Position numbers and translations under genes: made by a program | In this document: one piece after another, positions 1 through 8,213 of the stretch | How positions within the stretch are numbered: position 1 is the stretch's first letter | Layout of the letters: each line of letters begins with the position of its first letter | Virus record (IMG/VR): IMGVR_UViG_3300004369_000008 | Coordinates: 1-64,000 of that record | Strand: one strand, 5' to 3' | From: a virus | Length of the DNA stretch: 64,000 nucleotides | The notes under the pieces: generated by a model | What the model was told of the DNA's origin: nothing | Seen by the model: the letters and a program-made list of their open reading frames with translations, nothing else | Databases searched by the model: none

Positions 1-2931
1 ATTTACAATCCATCAATCACTGGTGGAGTAGTTCTTGCTGGAAGTGCAAATTTTGGATTAGACCTTGATGAAGTTGGTGCTGGTGGTGTGGTAATTGCTG
101 GCACGACGACCTTCAAATCTGATGAAGTTGGTGCTGGTGGAGTTCTTGCTGGTGGAGTTGCTAATCAGAACTTCGTCTTCAATATCACTTCAACTGGTGG
201 AGCAGTTCTTAGCGGAACGACAACATTCACTTCTGATGATGTTGGATCAGGCGGCGTGGTTGTTTCTGGCCTCGCAACCAACAGACAGTTAAGTTCCGAT
301 TCAGCTTCGGGCGGTGTGGTTGTTTCCGGTGATGCAGATGAGAGCTTCATCTTCTTTAACGCCGCTTCGGGTGGTGCGGTTGCCGCTGGCCTAGCAAACA
401 TCTATGCAACATACAACCCTGACTTCGCTGGTTATGGAGCGGTTGCTGGTGGCGATTCAACGAGTCAATTCACAGGAAGCCAAGATGCAACAGGCGGCGT
501 AGTCACTGCTGGATCAGGTGAAGTTCAGGCCATTTACTTCATCACTTCCACTGGTGGTGGAGTTCTTGGTGGCACATCTGGCATTGGTTCAACAACTGGT
601 GATATCGATTCTACGGGCGGCGTAGTAATCGGTGGATCAGCAGACGAGTATGTCGTTTACAATCCATCAATCACTGGTGGAGCGGTTCTTGCCGGTACGA
701 CCACATTCAAAGTTGATGAGGTTGGTTCAGGTGGCGTGGTTCTTGCTGGTAATGCAGATGAAAGTTTCATCTTCTTTAACACCGCTTCTGGTGGTGCGGT
801 TGCTGCTGGTCTAGCAAACATCTATGCAACATACAATCCTGAATTCACTGGCTACGGCGTGGTTGTTGGCGGAACGGGCGAGGAGGAATTTACAGGCGAG
901 GAAGACGCAACTGGCGGTGTGATTGTTGCCGGAACAGGCACAGTTCAAGGCACTTATTTCATCACATCAACTGGTGGAGCGGTTGTCGGTGGCATTGGCC
1001 AAATTTCTGGTGAGGTTGACGAATTTGGATCAGGTGGTGTAATTGTTGGAGGAACAACAGCTACAATCTTCGTCTTCAACATCGAAGGATCAAGTGGTGT
1101 AATTGTCGGCGGCGATTCGACAACACAGTTTACAGGTAATGAAGATGCTACAAGTGGTGTAGTTATCGGCGGCGATTCGACAACACAGTTTACAGGTAAT
1201 GAAGATGCTACAAGTGGTGTAGTTATCGGCGGCGATTCAACTGTAAATGCGACATATAACATCTCCACAACTGGCGGCGTAGTCATTGCTGGCACAGGCG
1301 AGGAAGAGTTTACAGGTGAAGAAGACGCCACTGGCGGTATAGTTGGTGGTGGAACAGGAACAGCCCAAGGCATTTACTTCATCGCCTCAATTGGTGGAAC
1401 GATCCTTGGTGGTGACTCAACGAGCCAATTCACAGGAAGCCAAGACGCAACTGGTGGAGTGGTTGTTGGTGAATCGGGAGTAGAGCAGGCCATTTACAAC
1501 ATTGTTGCGAGTGGTGGAGCAGTTACAGGCGGAAGTGTATCGGCTGGGTCTGAAACAGACATCGATTCTACGGGCGGCGTGGTAATCAGTGGTACGTCTA
1601 CCAACGTCAAGATTTATCCTGAAGATGCTACAGGTGGTGTGGTTGGCGGTGGAGAAACATCTGCTGTTTACGACGAAACATCCACAGGTGGTGTAGTTGC
1701 TGGAGAAACAGCAAGCACATTCTTTGTCTTCAACATTGATGGATCGAGTGGCGTGGTTGTTGGCGGCAATGCTACTGCCAATCTGGTTGGCGGCGGATTC
1801 ATTATTGAAGGTGGGGTTGTTGTCGCTGGCGACTCTTCAACACAAGCAACTTACAACATTGACGCAACAGGCGGTGTGGTTGCAGGTGGAGACTCAACTG
1901 CATCCAAATCTTCTACAGATGATGCTACAGGCGGTGTGGTTGTAGATGGAACTGCCGTCGCAGAAAAAGCCACGGTTATTTTGGCTCTTGGAGGCGTGGT
2001 TGTCGGTGGCGATAGTCTCGATTCAATAGAAGTAAGTGAATCTGGATCAGGCGGTGTGGTTGTAAGCGGTGCTGGAAATGTAACCACCTCATCGGGTGGA
2101 GTGATTATCGATGGAACTGCTTCTTCGCAAGCAACCTATGAAATCGGAACATCGGGTGGAGTAGTTCTTGGTGGGCAAAACCAAGGCGATCTGACAGATT
2201 ACGAGTACACAGCAGAAGGAGGGATTGTTGTTTCTGGAGACGCCAAAGTCACAGGCATCAAAATGTTTGTGTATGAAGGCAGTGGCGAAATCTTCACAGG
2301 AGGAACAGCCGAAGATAAAACTGGACCAAGCCACATTGCTACGGGAGGAATCACCGTCGAAGGCGATGCAAACCTCACAGGAACAAAAGATTACATCGTT
2401 TCTGGTAAGGGTGGGATCAAGATGGGAACCAATACAACAATTGTATTCGTGCCATTTGCCACAGGCGGCATCAAAGCAGGCGGCTCGGCCTTGGTCAACT
2501 ACCTAGACTTGAGATATGAGGCCACTGGTGGAATTGTTGTATCTGGTGAAGTTGAAACACATGAGGTTTACCACTACACATGCACTCCAAAGGGATTAGT
2601 AATCATTGGTGGAACAACTGGAACGAAACACAACAGATACACTTACGAAGCATCTGGTGGTATCAAAGTCAGAGGTTCTGCTGACTTCCTCGGAGTGTTC
2701 TTTGACAGAGATTGTAAATTCGTTCATGGATTCAATTGCATTGTCAAAACACCCAATAAATACAGAGATTGCGTATTCCCATTGTACTTCTATGGAGAGT
2801 GTGCGGTATTGGATAGTTGTGAATCTGGAGTGCGTGGAGCAGTTCTTAGTGCAATTACAGCTTGTAGGCAGAAAGGACTGTTGCCAAACGTCAGAAAGAA
2901 ACCAAACAGAAAACCAGTGAGAAAAACTTAA
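1..2931 (+). CDS. Very large Gly/Thr/Val-rich repeat virion protein (fibre/whisker-like); 5' end lies outside the window
   Basis: Frame is open from base 1 (IYNPSITGGVVLAG...). Dozens of ~19-21-aa repeats built on GG[VAI]V[IVL]xG; Cys-rich, basic C-terminus. Confidence 0.75.
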   Translation: MYNPSITGGVVLAGSANFGLDLDEVGAGGVVIAGTTTFKSDEVGAGGVLAGGVANQNFVFNITSTGGAVLSGTTTFTSDDVGSGGVVVSGLATNRQLSSDSASGGVVVSGDADESFIFFNAASGGAVAAGLANIYATYNPDFAGYGAVAGGDSTSQFTGSQDATGGVVTAGSGEVQAIYFITSTGGGVLGGTSGIGSTTGDIDSTGGVVIGGSADEYVVYNPSITGGAVLAGTTTFKVDEVGSGGVVLAGNADESFIFFNTASGGAVAAGLANIYATYNPEFTGYGVVVGGTGEEEFTGEEDATGGVIVAGTGTVQGTYFITSTGGAVVGGIGQISGEVDEFGSGGVIVGGTTATIFVFNIEGSSGVIVGGDSTTQFTGNEDATSGVVIGGDSTTQFTGNEDATSGVVIGGDSTVNATYNISTTGGVVIAGTGEEEFTGEEDATGGIVGGGTGTAQGIYFIASIGGTILGGDSTSQFTGSQDATGGVVVGESGVEQAIYNIVASGGAVTGGSVSAGSETDIDSTGGVVISGTSTNVKIYPEDATGGVVGGGETSAVYDETSTGGVVAGETASTFFVFNIDGSSGVVVGGNATANLVGGGFIIEGGVVVAGDSSTQATYNIDATGGVVAGGDSTASKSSTDDATGGVVVDGTAVAEKATVILALGGVVVGGDSLDSIEVSESGSGGVVVSGAGNVTTSSGGVIIDGTASSQATYEIGTSGGVVLGGQNQGDLTDYEYTAEGGIVVSGDAKVTGIKMFVYEGSGEIFTGGTAEDKTGPSHIATGGITVEGDANLTGTKDYIVSGKGGIKMGTNTTIVFVPFATGGIKAGGSALVNYLDLRYEATGGIVVSGEVETHEVYHYTCTPKGLVIIGGTTGTKHNRYTYEASGGIKVRGSADFLGVFFDRDCKFVHGFNCIVKTPNKYRDCVFPLYFYGECAVLDSCESGVRGAVLSAITACRQKGLLPNVRKKPNRKPVRKT
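1108..1238 (+). repeat. Perfect 60-bp tandem duplication inside the fibre gene
   Basis: ggcggcgattcgacaacacagtttacaggtaatgaagatgctacaagtggtgtagttatc occurs twice in tandem, plus a partial third copy. Confidence 0.95.
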
Positions 2932-3009
2932 TGACTGATACAAACAAAGAATTTCTTGCTGGCATTTGGGACAACCCTTCCGACAGCGAATACGCTGCTT
3001 ATGAAGAAT

Positions 3010-3333
3010 TTAGGGATTGTAAACAACTCGCACTTGGGCAGTATCCTTTGAAAGTTCTTTGTAATTGATATTGTGGATGATCCTGCTAATTGTCGAAAAT
3101 GTTACACCGAACTCTTCTGCAAGTTCTTTTAGAGTGGCTCCTTCGGATCGCTTTTGTCTTATTTCGTGGGCCTTGTTCGCATCGAGCTTATTGCAGCCCA
3201 TGTTATTCTTTCGTTCAAGAATACCGTAATACTGCATCCATCTGGAAACAGTGCGTTCTGATACCTTGTATTTTTCGGCAGCCATTTGGCGGTCATTGAC
3301 GAAAGGTTCGAGTTTTTCTTTAGGTGGTCTCAT
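3010..3333 (-). CDS. Double helix-turn-helix DNA-binding protein (paralog of 34107..34460)
   Basis: HTH-like segments AAEKYKVSERTVSRW and ELAEEFGVTFSTISRII; likely start ATG 3333 (MRPPKEK), 6 nt after a TATACT box. Confidence 0.75.
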   Translation of the reverse strand: MRPPKEKLEPFVNDRQMAAEKYKVSERTVSRWMQYYGILERKNNMGCNKLDANKAHEIRQKRSEGATLKELAEEFGVTFSTISRIIHNINYKELSKDTAQVRVVYNP

Positions 3334-3413
3334 GTCTAAAGTATAATAGATGTCAAAAATAAAATTCTCGTGCATAACTAAAAAGAACCCCATTTCTTAA
3401 GAGAGGTATTTAC

Positions 3414-3836
3414 ATGGCACTTGTAGTCCCAAATTTAGGTGAGCTTGAACTGTTGGATAAAATGCTTAAAGATGCTCTGTCAGTTGACGAGGATTACATC
3501 TTGAAGCTTTTCCACACAAACGTCACTCCAGATGAAAACTCTGCTGCTTCATCTTTCGTTGAAGCAACATTTACGAACTATGCAGCACAAACCCTTACTC
3601 GTACACTTTGGAACACAGCCGTCACAAACGGTTCAAACAAAGCTGAATCGTCTTACGGTTCTTCCGCTTTGTCTTGGACATGTGGCGCAACTGGCGACAC
3701 AATTTACGGTTACTGGGTTATCGGCGCAACTTCATCCACATGTCTATGGGCAGAAGCTTTTGCAACAGCCCGTGTACTTGCTTCTAGTGATGTTTTGAAC
3801 CTTACACCCAAGTTCACATTAAATTCGGAAAATTAA
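3414..3836 (+). CDS. Small virion structural protein (paralog of 34539..34940)
   Basis: RBS GAGAGG; L.L(F/Y).N..TP...E....YA...L....W....YGY.V......LW.E.F pattern shared with 34539..34940; late-type CATAACTA motif upstream. Confidence 0.65.
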   Translation: MALVVPNLGELELLDKMLKDALSVDEDYILKLFHTNVTPDENSAASSFVEATFTNYAAQTLTRTLWNTAVTNGSNKAESSYGSSALSWTCGATGDTIYGYWVIGATSSTCLWAEAFATARVLASSDVLNLTPKFTLNSEN

Positions 3837-3855
3837 AGTATTTTTCGGAGTTGAA

Positions 3856-3903
3856 AGAAAAGTCCTCTTTTGTTACTCTAGTAGTATCAAGGAGGATTTT
3901 TCT
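3856..3903 (+). promoter_or_regulatory. RBS-sequestering hairpin upstream of HNH gene
   Basis: AGAAAAAGTCCTCTTTG pairs with CAAGGAGGATTTTTCT, which contains the RBS and abuts the ATG. Confidence 0.7.
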
Positions 3904-4761
3904 ATGCGCATTAAAGAATGCAAAAATTGCAAAATGGAGTTTGCTCCAAATGGAAATCAAGTTCATTGTTCTGTCGAGTGTCGAACTGAATTTTTCAGAA
4001 AGCGAGAAAAAGAGCAGAAGGCTAAGAAGGCGTCTGAAGCCAGAACATCAAGTCTCAAGACCTGTGAGTATTGTAACAGCGAGTTCATCTCCAGATTTTA
4101 CAATACAAACAGACAAAGATTCTGCTCTCAACAATGCAAATCAGATTTCCACAAAGACAACAAGACAAAAAGTTTGAAGGGTGAAGCTGATCTTTCACCT
4201 CGGAAATGCCAACATTGTGACAAAGAATTTATACCCAAATTTAACTCAAATCATCAACGACAATTGTTCTGCAAATCTCTCTGCAAAAAGGAATTTCATA
4301 AAGAGCAGACGAGAATTAAGACAGAAGAAGAGCGTGCCAATACAATCAAGATGTGCCCCATCTGTGACAAAGAGTTTTCACCCAAGAAAACGATGAAGCA
4401 AATCTACTGTACGAGGAAGTGTGCCAACTCAATTCAAAAAAGAGTTTACGGCATGATGAGAAACTGTTACAATCTCACCAATTCCACTAAGGCCGATCAT
4501 GCACATGAGGTATTAGGTTATTCTCCGAGTGATTTACTGGAGTATCTGGAGAAGTTCCCTCAGTGGAAGAGCTTAAGAAACCAGAAGTGGCATCTCGACC
4601 ACAAGTTCCCGATCATTGCTTTTGTGCGTAAAGGGATCGCTGATATCTCATTGATCTGTAGATTGGACAACTTGCAGCCATTGGCGGGAAGTGTGAACTG
4701 CAAGAAGAGTGACATATACGACGAAGAGTTGTTTGAGGAGTGGCTCAATAGCGAAAACTAA
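3904..4761 (+). CDS. Free-standing HNH homing endonuclease with N-terminal Zn-ribbon repeats
   Basis: Four CxxCxxxF...(F/Y/H)CxxxC repeats; WHLDHKFP...RLDNLQPL...N.KK HNH core. Confidence 0.85.
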   Translation: MRIKECKNCKMEFAPNGNQVHCSVECRTEFFRKREKEQKAKKASEARTSSLKTCEYCNSEFISRFYNTNRQRFCSQQCKSDFHKDNKTKSLKGEADLSPRKCQHCDKEFIPKFNSNHQRQLFCKSLCKKEFHKEQTRIKTEEERANTIKMCPICDKEFSPKKTMKQIYCTRKCANSIQKRVYGMMRNCYNLTNSTKADHAHEVLGYSPSDLLEYLEKFPQWKSLRNQKWHLDHKFPIIAFVRKGIADISLICRLDNLQPLAGSVNCKKSDIYDEELFEEWLNSEN

Positions 4762-4847
4762 TCTGTGATTTTTCACTAGATTGCGATATAATAAGTCTTG
4801 ATTGGGCAAACCAATCAAGGCTTATTTCGTTTCATGGAGGAATACAG

Positions 4848-5717
4848 ATGAAATTAAGACCCTTCCTCGTTGCTGCCACTGTGTTTTTGACAGGATTCAT
4901 GTGTTTCACCATCTGGTATAAGATTGTAAATGTTGGCGAGCCTCCGGTGTCAAAGATTGACGAGAAGATACATGTGCAAACCGAACCAATTGAGACACAA
5001 CCCAAACCAGTCGTTCCCGAATTGGTTCTAAAGCTGAACCAGAAGAACTCTCAAATCCATTCTTTAAGATGCGAAAACATGGATGTCAAGGTTTGGCAAG
5101 ATGGTATGCGTGTTCATCTTTCAGGCGAAGTGTATTACGAGAAACCCTTAAAGTTTCGGATGTTTATTAGTTCTATTTTTGGAAAAGAACTTGATCTAGG
5201 CGCAAATGAAGAGGTGTTTTGGTATTGGTCTCGGCGAAATAAACGAGAGGGGCTGTTCTATGCCAGATATGAGGATTTCTTCAATACTCGTCTGAAAACT
5301 CCCTTTGGCCCTGTGTTTTTGCGTGCATCCTTTGGGGTTGACGAGCTTCCCACAGAGAATGCAAAATTTGTAGAGGACGAAAAGGGTGTCTTGGTCGTGG
5401 TTCAAAGTAAGAACTCGATGGGAAAATCAGTCAACAAATACACATTCATCAATAAGCAGACCGAACTTATCGAAGGATATCTGATTTCTTATGAGGATGG
5501 TAAGAAATCTGCGTCAGCCGAGATTATGGAACATGAGAATGGACTACCCAAGAAAATTCTGTTCACATACTACGAAGAAGACCAGATCATGCAACTTGAG
5601 TTAAGCAACATTCAAATGAATGCGTCAATTGACGGGAAGATGTGGCAAATACCTTCAATCCAACCTCAGATCAATATGGGCGAACAAGCTGGTGCGGCAG
5701 TTCAATATGATGAATGA
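4848..5717 (+). CDS. Membrane-anchored periplasmic protein, possibly LolA-like fold
   Basis: N-terminal hydrophobic helix; beta-rich body with ELDLGANEEVFWYWS; RBS GGAGG. Confidence 0.45.
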   Translation: MKLRPFLVAATVFLTGFMCFTIWYKIVNVGEPPVSKIDEKIHVQTEPIETQPKPVVPELVLKLNQKNSQIHSLRCENMDVKVWQDGMRVHLSGEVYYEKPLKFRMFISSIFGKELDLGANEEVFWYWSRRNKREGLFYARYEDFFNTRLKTPFGPVFLRASFGVDELPTENAKFVEDEKGVLVVVQSKNSMGKSVNKYTFINKQTELIEGYLISYEDGKKSASAEIMEHENGLPKKILFTYYEEDQIMQLELSNIQMNASIDGKMWQIPSIQPQINMGEQAGAAVQYDE

Positions 5718-5734
5718 ATTCCATAGATAAAGGC

Positions 5735-7864
5735 ATGAGATTCAGAGACTTCCTAGAAACACGTCAGGAATTGGCGACTGCTTTCAAAAATAAACTGCAT
5801 GGAGTGCCACAAGACCCACACCATCATCCAGAAGGTGATGTGTTGATTCACACACGCCTTGTGAGAAAAGCTGTTCCAAAAGCCATCCAAGAGTTGAAAG
5901 CCGTACAAGCCGGTGAACTGAGAGATGTATTGGCCAACATAGATTTCTCACTCTCTACTGAAGAAGAGAAGATCATTGCCATGGCTACATGGGTACATGA
6001 CATTGGCAAACAAACAGCAACAACAATTGGCGGAAATCCATGGCGAGGTGGCGGCGATGGAAAAATACAAGCCATCGGCCATCAGGATCAGAAGCACTAC
6101 TTGCCTCAGTTGCGGGATTTGGAAGGACTTGCGCCAGATGAAACCAAGCAGCTTTACCATCAGAATGCCGATCTCATCAACTGGTTGATAGAACATCACA
6201 TGGATTTCGCTTCTGGACAGGGTTTCTCAAAGCGATTTGTGGCCGAAAACTTCGATGGTGGAGTTATCAAGCCCAGTCATCGCATGAAGCTCTTGCTGAT
6301 TCTCATGTGGTCCGATAAAATGGGCCGCAGACCAGAAGAGACTATCGCCCAATCCGTTCAGAAGAATGCAAGAAACCTTCGTCAATCTTCTGAGACAGGA
6401 CAGAAGAGGGCTGCGAACATTTCTCGCCAGTCTGTGTCCTTTGAAGGTGGGCCAGAGCAATTTGCCCAGTTGCTTAAGAACCGTAGTATGGCTGCGAATC
6501 AGAGATTCAAGGCTTTACAAGGCAAGTTCCCACACTTGTCAGATGATGAAATTAGAGGTCTGACCGAGAGTGCTGAAGTGAATCCAACAATTGTAAAATC
6601 CGAAATTCACATTCCAGAGGAATGCAGCATCGTTGCCCGTGCCCTAACTCAAAGCGGGGGAGCGGAGGTCTATGCTGTGGGCGGATCGGTACGAGATCAC
6701 TTGTTTGGGAAAGAACCCAAGGACTTCGATCTTACCTGCAATCTTTCCGAGCAGGAAATTGTTGATCGCCTGCGCAAAGCTGGATTGAAAGTGGCTGAAA
6801 AGGAATCAGATACCTTCGGTGTGGTTTTTGTTCACGTCACAGATGGACAAGAACCCATCGAGGTAGCTCCTTTCCGTACCGATGTTGGCGTAGCTGACGG
6901 TCGAAGACCTGATGAAGTTAAGTTTGGTGTTCCTATTGAACAAGATGCGCTCCGTCGTGACTTCACGATGAATAGTCTTTACTACGACTTCGGCTTTGGT
7001 CGCTTCGGCGATGGATCGATCATTGATTTCAACCCCGGTGGGCAAGGTGTAAAAGACATCAAAGATGGAGTGGTACGTCCCGTAGGCGATCCCAATGACC
7101 GCTTTCGTGAAGACCGCTTTCGCATCTTGCGTTTGATGCGATTTTTCGCACGATACAACGCCGGTGACATCACTCAGTTTCTCGACGAGCAAACCAAACA
7201 GGCCATCCAGAAATATGGTGATCTCAGAAGTCCCATGGAAGGACTGGAACCTATCAGTGATGAGCGTATTGAGAGTGAATTTGTTGCTGGTTTGAAGCAA
7301 TCACAAAACACTTCCGAATTCCTGAAGAACTATGTTCGTCTGGGATTATTGGAGACGGTGTTTCCACGTCTCCATGTGGACATTCAAGGAATTGACCGAT
7401 TGGACAATAGCAAGAATGTCAATGTGATTTTGGCGTGGTTGCTTCGTCAGAATGGCAACGTTGGCGCTGCATTGAACAAATTGAAATACCCCAACGAAAT
7501 CAGTGATCCTGTTCAGTTCTTGGTCGAGTCGTTGAAGTTCGGTGCGGACAATGTGTTTGCAATGGTCAAGAGACGTGATCGCAATGCAGAAATGTCTGCT
7601 GGTCTCAAACGTGACCTACAGGAATTTGCACGAGTGGCCGGTGATCCAGAATTGACATCCCGCCTCACACACTTGTCACAATACGACATGCCAGTTGTCA
7701 GCGGTCAAGAATTGATGGCCAAAGGTCTCAAGGGAAAAGAGATTGGCGACGAACAACGTCGTCAAGCAACCGATCATTACAGCAGTTCATTCACTGACTT
7801 TTTGAAAGGTCAAAATGATCCGCTTAGTCCAAATGATCCAAAACAAAAAACCTCCGGTGTTTGA
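5735..7864 (+). CDS. cca: HD-phosphohydrolase fused N-terminally to a class II CCA-adding tRNA nucleotidyltransferase
   Basis: HD motifs QDPHHHPEGDVLIHT, HDIGK, GH, HH; NTase motifs VGGSVRD, DFD, DGRRP, RRDFTMN, EDRFR. Confidence 0.85.
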   Translation: MRFRDFLETRQELATAFKNKLHGVPQDPHHHPEGDVLIHTRLVRKAVPKAIQELKAVQAGELRDVLANIDFSLSTEEEKIIAMATWVHDIGKQTATTIGGNPWRGGGDGKIQAIGHQDQKHYLPQLRDLEGLAPDETKQLYHQNADLINWLIEHHMDFASGQGFSKRFVAENFDGGVIKPSHRMKLLLILMWSDKMGRRPEETIAQSVQKNARNLRQSSETGQKRAANISRQSVSFEGGPEQFAQLLKNRSMAANQRFKALQGKFPHLSDDEIRGLTESAEVNPTIVKSEIHIPEECSIVARALTQSGGAEVYAVGGSVRDHLFGKEPKDFDLTCNLSEQEIVDRLRKAGLKVAEKESDTFGVVFVHVTDGQEPIEVAPFRTDVGVADGRRPDEVKFGVPIEQDALRRDFTMNSLYYDFGFGRFGDGSIIDFNPGGQGVKDIKDGVVRPVGDPNDRFREDRFRILRLMRFFARYNAGDITQFLDEQTKQAIQKYGDLRSPMEGLEPISDERIESEFVAGLKQSQNTSEFLKNYVRLGLLETVFPRLHVDIQGIDRLDNSKNVNVILAWLLRQNGNVGAALNKLKYPNEISDPVQFLVESLKFGADNVFAMVKRRDRNAEMSAGLKRDLQEFARVAGDPELTSRLTHLSQYDMPVVSGQELMAKGLKGKEIGDEQRRQATDHYSSSFTDFLKGQNDPLSPNDPKQKTSGV

Positions 7865-7877
7865 CACGGAGGTTTTT
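7845..7877. terminator. Bidirectional intrinsic terminator
   Basis: AAAAAACCTCCGGTGT-TTG-ACACGGAGGTTTTT between convergent genes. Confidence 0.8.
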
Positions 7878-7890
7878 CATACGTTGAGTT

Positions 7891-8124
7891 TTACTTACCC
7901 AGTCGCCTCTTGATTGCATCTCTTCTGAGTTTTTCGATTCGACGACGATCTTCGTCGAGTCTTTTGGGCGCTGCTGCGCCCGTTGTCTGTTGAACTCCTA
8001 AAGCCCGAAGTTGTGCTGGAGTGGCACCGGCAGCACTCTGTCCCACAATCGATCTTGGGCCAACAGATGGTCTCAATTCCCTTCTACGAGGCATTGAGCT
8101 TCTTCTTCCTCCACATCCACACAT
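7891..8124 (-). CDS. Small basic protein (MCGCGG N-terminus)
   Basis: RBS AAGGAGG; GATATATA late-type motif upstream; Arg-rich. Confidence 0.65.
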   Translation of the reverse strand: MCGCGGRRSSMPRRRELRPSVGPRSIVGQSAAGATPAQLRALGVQQTTGAAAPKRLDEDRRRIEKLRRDAIKRRLGK

Positions 8125-8213
8125 AAACGGTCCTCCCTTAAACTCTGGACTCTCTTATATATCCTGAATTGATTTGATTTATCCGACACTAATTTATGTG
8201 GAAGGAGTATCAA

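Noticed and set aside
1-1600. CRISPR array or DGR template/variable repeat pair
   Set aside because: Repeats are in-frame coding units with no unique spacers, differences are not adenine-specific, and no RT or cas gene is present
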